From an uncultured Verrucomicrobiae bacterium (GTDB lineage: Bacteria; Verrucomicrobiota; Verrucomicrobiia; Limisphaerales; Palsa-1400), in the NCBI GenBank assembly GCA_963764165.1, contig CAVXRD010000002.1, positions 1,824,001-1,888,000 of the forward strand: a DNA stretch of 64,000 nucleotides. Reading direction: 5' to 3'. The notes beneath the pieces are model-generated. The model made no database searches and was not told the DNA's origin. It was given only the letters and a program-made list of their open reading frames with translations. A program made the position numbers and the translations under genes. Below, one piece after another: positions 1 to 10,198 of the stretch (position 1 is its first letter; each line of letters starts with the position of its first letter).

Positions 1-2579
1 TGCCGGACGAATCGCCGCAATGACAGCTTCCGAAGGCTTCAAGTATTTTTCAGCAACCTCGCGAATTTGCTCCAGCGTGACGGCCTCGTAATCCTTGTCT
101 TCGTGGTCGATGTGGCTGTAGCCGAGCCCGTAAAGCTCATCCAGGGCCATCGTCATGGCCAGGCCGCCGAGATCCTGCCGCGCAATTTTCCGCTGGCCGA
201 TGACCTTCGCCTTGCAGCGGGTCAATTCCTCCGCGCTCAAGCCTTCCGTGCGCAGCAACTCGGCTTCCTGCATCAATTCGCGCTCCACATCCGCCAATTT
301 CTCTGGCGAAGTGCCGACGTAAAAAGCGAAATATCCCGGCACCAGCCCGAGGAAATTCTGTGCGCCGACGTAATAGGCCAGCCCCAGTTTTTCGCGCACG
401 CGAAGAAACAGCCGCGATCCCAAATCGCTGCATCCTTCCTGCAGCAATTCCAGCGGGTAACGGTCGGGATCCTTGATGGTCAATCCTGGAAATCCCACCA
501 CCAAAACCGCCTGCTTTTTGTCGCGCGTTTCGATGACACGTTTGACATCCGTGCGGGCCGGCGCAACTGGATCCGGCAGCGCCGCGACGGCGCTCTTCTT
601 CCATTTTCCAAAAGCGCGTTGAACCGCCTTCTTTACCTCCTCGGCGGAGACATCGCCAAAAATGGCGAACACGCAATTATCCGGCGTGGCCACGCGGTGA
701 TAGAAATCCTCGGCTGCATCAGCCGTTAATTTTCCGACACTCGATTCGGTCCCGGAAGGATCCAGGCCATACGCGGATGGGCCGAAAAGCGCGCGGCGCA
801 TCGCCTGCCCGCAGCTTTGCAGCAAATGATCGCGCTGGGCGCGGATCAATTCCAATTGAATGCTTTGCTCGCGGGCGAAGGCGTCGTCGGGAAAGGAAGG
901 ATTGAGCAAAACATCCGCGAAAATTTCGAAGCCCAATTTGAAATCGCTGCTCAATACTTCCGCCGTCACACCGAAGCTGTTGTTGCCGCCAAAACTGTCG
1001 ATGCTCCCACCCACGGATTCGATCTCGGTGGCAATTTGCTCCGCGCTTCGGCGCTTGGTGCCTTGCATGAGCATCTTGGACATGATCTGGGTCAGTCCGT
1101 TATTGTCGGAAGTCTCGGCCAGCACACCGGCCCGGAAAACTGCCTTCATTTCCACAAAGGGCAGGCGGTGATCTTCCTTCACTAGCAAGCGCAGGCCGTT
1201 GGGTAATTCAAATTTCTGCACCTCCGATTCCACCGAGACGCGCTCGGCGTCAACGACCTTCGGCATCACACCCGGCGGGAGAAGCGCGTAGAGCGTGCGA
1301 TTGGCGGGTGTCAAGTATTGCTGGGCGACGCGCTGCAAATCCGCGGGAGAGACATGGCGCGCAGCGGCGAGATAGCGCTCGGAAAAATTCAGGTCGTTGG
1401 CGGCCATCCAGTTTCCGCCCAAATCCTGGGCTTGCCCCTGCATGGTCTTCCGCGTGGCGAGGGTGCCGGCGGAAAATTGTTTGATGACCTTGGCCAACTC
1501 AGATTCATCGACGAGTTCGTGCTTCACCCGCTCGATTTCCTCGAGCATCGCCTCGCGGGCCGCCGCAAATTTGTCCCCGGAAGTCGCGCCGCTCATGCCA
1601 AAAAGACCCTGTTCGCCGGGGCTGTAAGTCCAGGCGTCGGCGGAAGTGACCAGCCCTTTTTTCTCGCGCACATTTCGGAACAAACGCGAGCTGCGCCCGC
1701 TGCCGAGCAGCGAAGCCAAAATATCCAGCGCCGGAGTATCCGCGTGGCGAATGTCCGGTATATGCCAGGCGAAATGGAAATAGCCCAGTTCAATGGGCGC
1801 TTCCTCAATCACATCGCGCGGCGCGGTCTGGTGCGGCTCGCGCGGAAGGACGACGGGCGCCAGCGGCTTGGCCTTGGCGTTGGCGAAAGCCGCGCGGATC
1901 TGCGACACAACCTCCTCTGTCTTGATGTCGCCGGTGACGACGAAAAACATGTTATTGGGCACGTAGTGCTCGCGGTAATAACCCAAAATATCCTCGGGCT
2001 TGAGCGTGTTGAAAATATCCGGATAGCCGATAATCGTGAAACGATAGGGACTCTTCGTGTAAGCGGATTCGAACAGGCGCCGTCCCGCGCGCCGACCGGG
2101 ATCATCCTGGTTCATGTCCATCTCGCGTCGGATGACATCCAGTTCCTTCGCCAATTCGTCGGCAGGCAAAGTCGCGTTCTGCATGATGTCGCAGAGGATA
2201 TCGATGGCAATTTTGGCCCCGGTATTGGGGACGTTGATGTGATACACGGTGCGATCAAACGAGGTGAAGGCATTCATGTAACCGCCCGCCGACTGCACTT
2301 CCTGATCGATGCGGCTGCCAGGCCGCGTGGTCGTGCCCTTAAAAAGCATGTGCTCCAAAACGTGCGAAAGCCCGGCTCCAAGCCACTTGCCCTCGGTAAT
2401 GCTCCCCGCATGGCACCACGCCTGAGCCGACACGACCGGCGCGCTATGGTCTTCGCGAGTGATGATGACCAATCCGTTGTCGAGCGTCGTCAGGCTGGCG
2501 CCCGAAGGCATGGGCGGAATCTCGGGCGTGGGCAGGATCAATTTCGCGCGCCGGCGACGGACCGTTTTGGTGTGACCAT
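1..2579 (-). CDS. M16 family zinc peptidase (insulinase/pitrilysin-like), runs off the left window edge
   Basis: Manual translation from ATG at 2579: MVTPKRS...TLDNGL...GAGLSHVLEHMLFKG (inverted zinc motif HxxEH). Absent from the ORF track because the stop is outside the window. Confidence 0.92.
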
Positions 2580-2665
2580 TTCTCATTAGTCCCAACAAGG
2601 TAGAGAATCGCGAGGGGAGACGCAAGTCAGGGAGGCATCTGGTCATTCCGTTCAAAAAAAGGGTA

Positions 2666-2829
2666 AATCAGGAACGACCGAACTCAGGAACGGAGATCTT
2701 TCGGCCTGAAGGCTACCGCAGCACGATCGATTCGCAAAATCCCCAGCAACGTCGTCAACACAGCTTGCGACAGTCTGTGGTGATAATTAATTCCAGAGCC
2801 TCCGTTCCTGAGTTCGGTCGTTCCTGATT
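2666..2829. repeat. MITE/REPIN-like element, family A (30-bp perfect inverted repeat)
   Basis: AATCAGGAACGACCGAACTCAGGAACGGAG at 2666-2695 and its exact reverse complement at 2800-2829. Second copy at 56533-56749. Confidence 0.85.
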
Positions 2830-2916
2830 AATTTATCAGATTTTGAGCGTCTTCTCCGGCCAATTCCAAAAACTTAGTCACTGCTCGACGGAGTCTCGCC
2901 CCGCCGATTTTTGGAA

Positions 2917-3834
2917 TTACACCAAACTCTCGAGAATCGCCGGGATGCGTTCGAGGCTTCGGTTCAGGCTGGCGCGGGTGATGGATCGTTCGGCTTCGGT
3001 CTGGTGGGCGAAAAGGATTTTCCAGCCGGGGGAATCAAGCCACCCGTCAAATGGGACTTCCGTCTTGTTGCCGCTGTCGCCGATTTTGGTGTGGCGCACC
3101 AGGAGATCCGCCACATGCACCGCGGCGGTGATGTTCACCTGCAAACGCGCCGCCTGCGGCAGATGGTGGCATTGCACGATTTCCACGAACACCTCCGGCA
3201 GCCGCTGCTTGCGCAGATACATCGCGCCTAGTTCCGCATGGTCCACGCCAAGCACTTCGCGCTCGACTTGCAGCAGGTTCGTGGCGGTTTCGGCGCGGTT
3301 ATCGTAAATCTCGGTAAAATGGTCGGGGAACGCGGAGGCCATTACGATCTTGCCCACGTCATGGATCAACCCGGCGACGTAATCGATTTCGTCGTCCTGG
3401 GATTGAAGAAGGTCGGTAATTTCGCGCGTCATCAACGCCACCGCGATGCAGTGCCGCCAGAATTGGCGCCAGGGGAAGCGGCGGCCCTCGGCGAGCCGTT
3501 GAAAATCTTCAATGATCGGCGTCACCATCGCCAGTTGCCGGATTTGGCGGACGCCGAGATAAAACACCGCTTCCTCGATGTTCCGCACCGGCTTGGCCAT
3601 GCCGTAGTAGACGGAATTGACCAGCCGCAGCAGACGGGCCGTCAAGCTGGGATCGCGGCGGATGATTTCGGCGATTTGCGAGGTATAACGCTGATCCGCG
3701 CCGAGTAATTCGCGCAAGGCGCTGTCAATGCTGCTCAGCGAGGGCAGACAGGCGCAACCGCTCAACCGGGCATCGATGCGGGCGCGGTCAAGTCGTTCGC
3801 AGACGACGCGTGGGCTCGTGGGGTCGAGACTCAT
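2917..3834 (-). CDS. HDOD domain signal-transduction protein
   Basis: LPSL...IIRRDPSLTARLLRLVNS...FWRHCIAVA...AGLIHDVGK motifs. Confidence 0.92.
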   Translation of the reverse strand: MSLDPTSPRVVCERLDRARIDARLSGCACLPSLSSIDSALRELLGADQRYTSQIAEIIRRDPSLTARLLRLVNSVYYGMAKPVRNIEEAVFYLGVRQIRQLAMVTPIIEDFQRLAEGRRFPWRQFWRHCIAVALMTREITDLLQSQDDEIDYVAGLIHDVGKIVMASAFPDHFTEIYDNRAETATNLLQVEREVLGVDHAELGAMYLRKQRLPEVFVEIVQCHHLPQAARLQVNITAAVHVADLLVRHTKIGDSGNKTEVPFDGWLDSPGWKILFAHQTEAERSITRASLNRSLERIPAILESLV

Positions 3835-3963
3835 TCTTCAAACACTATCGGCATCCGCCGCAAGAACTAAAGCGGAAAACGGACAAAATGCGCTCACGGG
3901 GCGCATTTCAATTTCTTGCAGGATTGGCTGGCAACGGAAGCTACGCAGGCCAACAAGTGATCG

Positions 3964-4117
3964 CTCTCGCCCCGCAGCGAAGCGCGGGGAGAGAGAAGGA
4001 GAGAGGGGCATCCAAAAAAATATCCCTCGAAGCAATTCGTGTTGCCGGCGTCCGGGCTTTAACCGTTTGCTAAATTCCCCTCTCCCTTGCCCTCTTCCCG
4101 CCGAGCGGGGCGAGGGA
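3964..4117. repeat. REP-like inverted repeat pair, family B (CCCCTCTCCC...GGGGAGAGGG type)
   Basis: Purine-rich arm 3964-4008 facing pyrimidine-rich arm 4077-4117. Related copies at ~12665-12805 and ~63425-63512. Confidence 0.65.
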
Positions 4118-4193
4118 ATCAGCGAGCCGCGCTTTCGACTCGCGCTCAAGTTTTTCCCGGCCCATCCGATAAGCTTCCAGACATTGAAATTTC

Positions 4194-4760
4194 ATGTTCG
4201 GGCGCACTCAAATTTTTCTCTTGGTGGCGGCAGGGCTCCTATCGGCCGCCGCCGCGCAAGCCGATCTTGGTTACCTACCACAAGCGGGCCCGATGCCATT
4301 GCGCTTCCGCACACACACCTCGCCAGCCACGGAAAAAGCCGCTTTGGCTGAACCGCCGCCTCCACCGCGCATCATGCTGCCAGCCGTTCCGCCGCCTCTC
4401 CAATTGCCCGTTCCGCCTACGCCAGGCACGAATGCGCCGGATACCAATGCCTTCATTCCCGGCAGCATCAGCAATGGGCCGCCTGTCGAATACAACGCCC
4501 GGGATGCGGCCAGCGAGACCATCTCGGGGCCCGTCGTTTCCAGCCCCGATCCGGTTGTCGTTCCGCAAATGCTGGTAAGATATTTCACGACTACCACGAA
4601 TTCGTCGACCAACGGCGCCGTCTCGCAACCTCCCGCGTCCATCGGATTCAACCCTCCATCAGGGTCTGTTCCAGCGCCGAAGCCAGCGGCGCCACCCGCG
4701 CCAGCCAGCAAGCCCACGCCAGCTCCCGCGCCCGCCAGCCCCAAGCCGTCGTCGCCGTAA
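4194..4760 (+). CDS. Proline-rich secreted hypothetical protein
   Basis: N-terminal signal-peptide-like segment, Pro-rich low complexity, 7 bp upstream of the TPR gene. Confidence 0.7.
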   Translation: MFGRTQIFLLVAAGLLSAAAAQADLGYLPQAGPMPLRFRTHTSPATEKAALAEPPPPPRIMLPAVPPPLQLPVPPTPGTNAPDTNAFIPGSISNGPPVEYNARDAASETISGPVVSSPDPVVVPQMLVRYFTTTTNSSTNGAVSQPPASIGFNPPSGSVPAPKPAAPPAPASKPTPAPAPASPKPSSP

Positions 4761-4767
4761 CGAAAAC

Positions 4768-6120
4768 GTGAATCGACTTCTTCCAGCGCTGGCAATTTTG
4801 TGGGTTTCGGCAGCCAGCTTGGCCGCGGAGACAAACACGGTCCCCGCCAAAGCTGTTGAGACCAACGCCGCCGCATCCACGCCCGCGCCGACCAATGCCA
4901 TCTCGCTCAAGGCAATCGAATCGAACATGGTAGTCGCTCCCGATTTGGGAGGCGTCACCAACGCCAACGTGCTGCAGAACACCAACGAAAATCTGGTGGC
5001 GGCGGCCTTGGAGCATTTTTACCAGGAAAAAATGGATCTCGCCGTTCGCGAGCGCCACGAAAAGAACCCGTCGCTGGCCGCGGTGACGCTCGTTTCCATT
5101 CTTGCATCCAACGCCCCGCCGGAGTTCAAACGGAAGGCCCTTTTTGAATTGGCCCTGGCCGAGCAGGACAACAATAATTTCGTCCGGGCCCAGCAAATCT
5201 TCGCGCAATTCATCCAGCGTTATCCCGAGGATCCCAGCGCGCCGGAAGTTCTGCTCCGGCAGGGCTTGCTCTACCGCCAGATGGGTGTCAATACGCTGGC
5301 GATTTCAAAATTTTACGCGGTCATGTCGACGGCCCTGAAGCTCAAGCTTGAAAATGTGGATTACTACAGAAATCTCGTGCTGCAGGCGCAGACGGAGATT
5401 GCGGATACCTATTATATCCAGGGCCAATTTGATCAGGCGACCGATTTTTACACCCGGCTGCTCAAGGAAAACAGCCCGACGCTTAACAAGCAGCAGATCG
5501 AGTTCAAGCTCATCCGCGCCTTGTCCTACCAGACCAACCGCATTGAAACCGTCAAGCGAGCGGAAAAATTTCTCGAGCGATTTCCAAATTACCCTGATGT
5601 GCCGGAAGTCCGGTTCATCCTGGCCAGCACTTACAAGGCGCTGGGCCGCAACTCGGATGCCCTGCAGCAGGTGTTGCAACTGCTGCAATCGCAGCAGGAA
5701 AACGCGCAGCGAAATCCCGAATTGTGGGTCTATTGGCAGCGGCGCGCGGGAAACGAAATCGCCAACCAGCTCTACGCGGAGGCCGATTATTTCGATGCCT
5801 TGCAGATTTACCAAAACCTCGCCGCGCTGGATTCCGCCCCAGCCTGGCAGGCGCCCGCACTTTATCAGGTTGGCCTGGTCTACGAGCAATTGCAGCAATG
5901 GGAGAAAGCCACCGACACCTACACGCAGATTCTCAACCGCAAAGCGGAAATGACAGCGAGCAACGCTCCGCCCAGCCTGAAAACGCTGTGCGAAATGGCG
6001 CAATGGCGGAAGGATTACATCGCCTGGCTCCAAAAAGCGCAGGCTGCGGATGCGAAATTGCTGCATAGCCGCCTTTACATTCCGCCGCCTCCCTCCACCA
6101 CCAACACCGCTTCCCGATGA
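4768..6120 (+). CDS. Secreted tetratricopeptide-repeat protein
   Basis: Signal peptide; helical TPR-like units (ALFELALAE, YPEDPSAPEVLLRQGLLY, ALYQVGLVYEQL). Confidence 0.85.
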   Translation: MNRLLPALAILWVSAASLAAETNTVPAKAVETNAAASTPAPTNAISLKAIESNMVVAPDLGGVTNANVLQNTNENLVAAALEHFYQEKMDLAVRERHEKNPSLAAVTLVSILASNAPPEFKRKALFELALAEQDNNNFVRAQQIFAQFIQRYPEDPSAPEVLLRQGLLYRQMGVNTLAISKFYAVMSTALKLKLENVDYYRNLVLQAQTEIADTYYIQGQFDQATDFYTRLLKENSPTLNKQQIEFKLIRALSYQTNRIETVKRAEKFLERFPNYPDVPEVRFILASTYKALGRNSDALQQVLQLLQSQQENAQRNPELWVYWQRRAGNEIANQLYAEADYFDALQIYQNLAALDSAPAWQAPALYQVGLVYEQLQQWEKATDTYTQILNRKAEMTASNAPPSLKTLCEMAQWRKDYIAWLQKAQAADAKLLHSRLYIPPPPSTTNTASR

Positions 6121-6536
6121 ACACACCACAGGAAATGCTACAGTATTTGAACGGCTACCTTGAGGTCTGCCAGGAGCTGCTGCAAGCCGCCGAAGAGGAA
6201 AGCCTCGCTCTCCGCAATTCGGAAAAACCGGCCCTGGCCGGCTTTTGTGAGCGGAAAAAAAACTTGCTTCCGCGCTTCAATCAGTCGCTAGATGGTATGC
6301 GGAAGCATCGTGCGCACTGGCAGGGCTTAAGCTTGGAGGAGCGGGCTCGCTGGCCGGAAGTGGGCATGTTGTTGCGCAAAAACCAGGACCTGACCATGAA
6401 GATCATCGTTCTCGACCGTGAGAACGAGCAAGCCCTTCTGCGTCGCGGACTGGTTCCACCGCGCCAACTGCCCCCGGCCAACCGTCAGCGTCCGCACTTC
6501 GTGGCAGATCTTTACCGCCGCCAGGGGGTCGCATGA
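6117..6536 (+). CDS. FlgN-like small helical protein
   Basis: 139-aa all-helical pattern (LLQAAEEESLAL...ERKKNLL...IIVLDRENEQALL); ATGA overlap with the TPR gene. Confidence 0.55.
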   Translation: MNTPQEMLQYLNGYLEVCQELLQAAEEESLALRNSEKPALAGFCERKKNLLPRFNQSLDGMRKHRAHWQGLSLEERARWPEVGMLLRKNQDLTMKIIVLDRENEQALLRRGLVPPRQLPPANRQRPHFVADLYRRQGVA

Positions 6537-6549
6537 TGCAGCCGCGGCA

Positions 6550-8025
6550 ATGCCCATTGAGAAAATTATCGTTCTCGAGGATGACCTGATCGTCCGACGG
6601 AACCTCGAACAACTTTTGCGCCAGCAACGGTACGACGTGGCTGCGGTCGAAACCATCGCCGCCGCCCGCGAACTTCTCGCCAAGGACACCTTCGATCTCC
6701 TGTTCCTGGATTTGCGCCTGCCCGATGGCGAAGGGACCGATCTGCTGCGCGAGCTCCAGACTCACCCCGAAAAGCCGCTGGTCGTCATGATCACCGGATT
6801 CGGTTCGGTCGAATCCGCCGTCGAGTGCATGCGCAACGGCGCTTTCGACTACATGCTCAAGCCGTTTTCTTCCGACCAATTGCAGGTCACGCTGAGGAAG
6901 GCGGAGAATTTCAATCAATTGCTCAAGGTCAATGCCTACTTCAGCAATGCCGAGGAAGACGAAACGGGTTACGAATTGCAGGGCATCAGCCCGGCGATGG
7001 AGAGCTTGCGTCAGTTGATCCGCAAAGTCGCCCGCACCCAGGCCACCGTGCTGATCGCCGGCGAGAGCGGCACTGGCAAGGAATTGGTGGCCCGCGCCCT
7101 TTACCGCCAAAGCCCGCGCAATGCCGCGCCGTTCATCAAAGTCAATTGCGCCGCCATTCCAGAAAATTTGATCGAGAGCGAATTTTTCGGCCACGAGAAA
7201 GGCTCCTTCACCGGAGCCGTCAGCAAGCGCGAAGGCCGATTTGAATTGGCCCACAGCGGCACGATTCTCCTGGATGAAGTCAGCGAAATTTCCCCGCAGG
7301 TGCAGGCAAAACTTTTGCGCGTCTTGCAGGAGCGCGAATTGGAGCGAGTCGGCGGCAACCGCACCATCAAAGTGGACGTGCGCGTGATCGCAACGACGAA
7401 TCGCCGATTGGAAGAAAGTGTCGAGCGGAAAGAATTCCGGCAGGATTTATTTTTCCGCCTGAACGTCGTCCCCATTCAAGTGCCTCCATTGCGCGAGCGA
7501 AAGGTGGATGTCCCGTTTCTGGCCCGGCAATTCATGCCGCGCTTTGCCCGCAAGCACGGCGTCCGCCCGCGCGGATTTTCCGACGAGTGCATGGCGGTCT
7601 TGGAAGCGCACCGCTGGCCCGGCAACGTGCGCGAATTGCAAAACGTCATCGAACGCGCCGTTATTCTGTGCGGCGACGGCGCAATGCTCGACCCGGAGCA
7701 CCTCGGGTTCTCCGCGCAAGCGTCCGCACCCGCGCCCGTAAACGTCCCTTCCATTCAGGCCGCCGCCACCGTTACCGCGCCCGCGCCTTCGCCATCACCA
7801 GCCACGCCGACAACGGCCGAAGGCGAGCCAATTTCCCTTTTCGAGTTGGAAAAGCGGCATATATTAAGTGTCCTTGAGAAAACGCCCAGCCGCACCGCCG
7901 CCGCCAAAGTCCTGGGCATCAGCATCCGCACCCTGCGCAACAAGCTCAAGGAATACGGATTTCAACAAAAGGATGAGGAGGAGGGCGGGGAAGCCGCGGA
8001 ACGGTCTGGCTCTGCGGAACTGTAA
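6550..8025 (+). CDS. Sigma-54-dependent response regulator (receiver-AAA+-Fis HTH, NtrC/FleR family)
   Basis: Receiver EDD/DLRLPDG, Walker A GESGTGKE, GSFTGA loop, WPGNVRELQN, C-terminal LGISIRTLRNKL. Start placed at ATG 6550. Confidence 0.95.
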   Translation: MPIEKIIVLEDDLIVRRNLEQLLRQQRYDVAAVETIAAARELLAKDTFDLLFLDLRLPDGEGTDLLRELQTHPEKPLVVMITGFGSVESAVECMRNGAFDYMLKPFSSDQLQVTLRKAENFNQLLKVNAYFSNAEEDETGYELQGISPAMESLRQLIRKVARTQATVLIAGESGTGKELVARALYRQSPRNAAPFIKVNCAAIPENLIESEFFGHEKGSFTGAVSKREGRFELAHSGTILLDEVSEISPQVQAKLLRVLQERELERVGGNRTIKVDVRVIATTNRRLEESVERKEFRQDLFFRLNVVPIQVPPLRERKVDVPFLARQFMPRFARKHGVRPRGFSDECMAVLEAHRWPGNVRELQNVIERAVILCGDGAMLDPEHLGFSAQASAPAPVNVPSIQAAATVTAPAPSPSPATPTTAEGEPISLFELEKRHILSVLEKTPSRTAAAKVLGISIRTLRNKLKEYGFQQKDEEEGGEAAERSGSAEL

Positions 8026-8380
8026 TATCACGCTTTCCTGATGGCGGAGGCAGATTGCGGCGGTCTTCTTCCGTCGCGTAGGCGTTCGTCAGCCACTGGG
8101 CCTGATCGAACAGAACGCCCAAAAACACCTGCGATGCGTCTGCCCTGCAATTGACGGCGAAAAGATTTACCGCGGGAAAGCGGACTTGCCGCGCCGTAGC
8201 CCAGGCTAAGGCGGGAACTCCTCTTGGAGCCGCCGAAATTCCAGCCGGTCTCATTGAGTGCAAAAATTGAGGACACCTGTGCGAACGTGACAACGCTAGT
8301 CAAGTATCCCGCCTGCAAGACAAACTGAGCTGCCACGATCCTGTTTTGACTTCGAGAGGGAATAGGCAAACAGTATCCAT

Positions 8381-9652
8381 GTGAAGTTTACAATCACGAT
8401 CTTCGCGAGCTGGCTGCTATTGACTGGATCAACGGCGCACGCTCAATTTGATTATACAACAAATGCCGACGACACCATCACAATCAATGGTTATTCCGGA
8501 CCTGGCGGCAATGTTGCTATCCCCGGCACAATCAATGGATTGGCTGTCACCGCAATTGGCTCAGAAGCGTTCGCCGATGACACCAACCTGACTGGCATCA
8601 CGATCCCAGCCACTGTCATGGTCATTGAATCAAACGCATTTACTGAGTGCTTAGGTCTTACGAATGTCGTGTTCGGCGAGGGAATTCAAGCGATTGGGGA
8701 AAGGGCGTTTGAAAGCTGTTTTAATTTGCGGAATATCACTTTCCCTGACGGACTTGAAGATATTGAGGACTGGGCATTTGACTTTAGCGGCCTAACGCGT
8801 GTCAGCATCCCAAATAGCGTTACAAATTTAGGAAACGCAGCTTTCTATGCGTGTCAGAGTATGACAAACATCGTCATGGGAAACGGAATAAGCGCTGTCC
8901 AACAATTAACATTTGCACTGACTCGCCCCACAGTGGTTGTAGTGCCAGATACAGTCACTGAGATTCTGGAGAATGCATTTAACGGTTGTGATAGAATGAC
9001 CACACTGAAGCTGGGCAACGGCGTCGGAAGCATTGGTCCGGATGCGTTTTCACGATGTTCCAGCCTGGCAAATCTGGCAATTCCGTCAAATGTTACGAAC
9101 ATTGGAGAGTACGCATTCAGCTTGTGCTCGTCGCTGTCAAGTGTAACGCTTCCTCGTTCGATAACGAGCATTCCTGACGATGCATTTTGGAACTGCGCTG
9201 CGTTGACGAATCTGGTTATTCCCGCGACGGTGACTCACATTGGGTACCAGACGTTTTTGGGGTGCAGTTCTCTCAAAAGTGTCTTCTTCGCGGGGAATGC
9301 GCCTATAATTGGCGGCGGGAGCACGTTTGAGTATGATACCAATGCGACAATTTACTACATGCCGGGAACCGTTGGATGGAGCGATTTCGCAACCAATGCC
9401 GATGTTCCGACGGTGTTGTGGAACCCGCTCATTCAAACCGCCGACGGTAATTTTGGCGTTCGAGAAAATCAGTTTGGCTTTGACATCACTGGGACTCCTG
9501 ATATTCCCATTGTGGTGGAAGCTAGCACAGACTTGGTTGCTCCAATGTGGACTCCGCTGGAATTCCTCTCGCTCACCAACGGCCTAATTTATTTTTCCAT
9601 ATCAATAGCATCAAACAGTCCTAACGGCTTTTATCGCATAAGTTCACCGTGA
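8381..9652 (+). CDS. BspA-type leucine-rich-repeat surface protein
   Basis: Signal peptide; tandem LxxIxIPxSVTxIGxxAFxxC repeats; C-terminal VEASTDL..W...FYR domain; visibly more AT-rich than the flanks. Confidence 0.92.
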   Translation: MKFTITIFASWLLLTGSTAHAQFDYTTNADDTITINGYSGPGGNVAIPGTINGLAVTAIGSEAFADDTNLTGITIPATVMVIESNAFTECLGLTNVVFGEGIQAIGERAFESCFNLRNITFPDGLEDIEDWAFDFSGLTRVSIPNSVTNLGNAAFYACQSMTNIVMGNGISAVQQLTFALTRPTVVVVPDTVTEILENAFNGCDRMTTLKLGNGVGSIGPDAFSRCSSLANLAIPSNVTNIGEYAFSLCSSLSSVTLPRSITSIPDDAFWNCAALTNLVIPATVTHIGYQTFLGCSSLKSVFFAGNAPIIGGGSTFEYDTNATIYYMPGTVGWSDFATNADVPTVLWNPLIQTADGNFGVRENQFGFDITGTPDIPIVVEASTDLVAPMWTPLEFLSLTNGLIYFSISIASNSPNGFYRISSP

Positions 9653-9856
9653 ACGAAACCGCGCTCGTGTGGCGACCGACTGCGCCTCTCCGGCATCAGT
9701 CCTTGCGACATTCCTCACTATTGACACATTTGTATCCGGAAATGGGAATCCGTCTTCATCCACTGCCATTCCCGCCGCTCGCGCCGGGGCCGTAAAAGCC
9801 GCATTGCCCCCCACGGACGCCGGGCCCAAGTCAGATTTTGACAATCTCTCTGAAAA

Positions 9857-9952
9857 GGACGCCTCGCCGAGGCGTCCGGTTGCGCGTGGATAGGCAAAGG
9901 GTCGCTCGTGAATAATGCCTCACCCCGGACGCCTCGGCGAGGCGTCCCTACC
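9857..9952. repeat. GTAG-type REP doublet, family D
   Basis: GGACGCCTCGCCGAGGCGTCC at 9857-9877 and GGACGCCTCGGCGAGGCGTCCCTACC at 9927-9952 (GTAG foot on the minus strand). Also at 12601 and 49835. Confidence 0.8.
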
Positions 9953-9960
9953 AAAACATG

Positions 9961-10198
9961 CCGGAGGCATCCGAGATTGCAGCCGGTGGTTGAGCGGAGC
10001 GCAGCGGAAGCGACACCACCGGATAACAATTTAGAAATCAGAACGCACCCCGGAAGTGGGTGCCAGCATCGGGTGTCAAATGCGACCCCTGTATTTGGAA
10101 GGTGCTGGGACGCCTTTCAGGGCCCGAAGATATTTGGCATTTGTTTCCGGTGGTGTCGCTGCCGCTCAACCACTGGCTGCAATCTGGCATCCCTCCGG
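9961..10198. repeat. Long imperfect inverted repeat element, family E
   Basis: GATTGCAGCCGGTGGTTGAGCGG...AGCGACACCACCGGA pairs with TCCGGTGGTGTCGCTGCCGCTCAACCACTGGCTGCAATC. Confidence 0.75.

Noticed and set aside
67..2589. Long plus-strand ORFs (220, 122, 423 aa)
   Set aside because: Antisense shadows of the minus-strand M16 peptidase, as expected in GC-rich DNA. The same applies to most overlapping ORFs in the track.
7195..7220. GSFTGA instead of GAFTGA in the sigma-54 activator
   Set aside because: Common variant of the loop; not evidence of sigma-54 independence.
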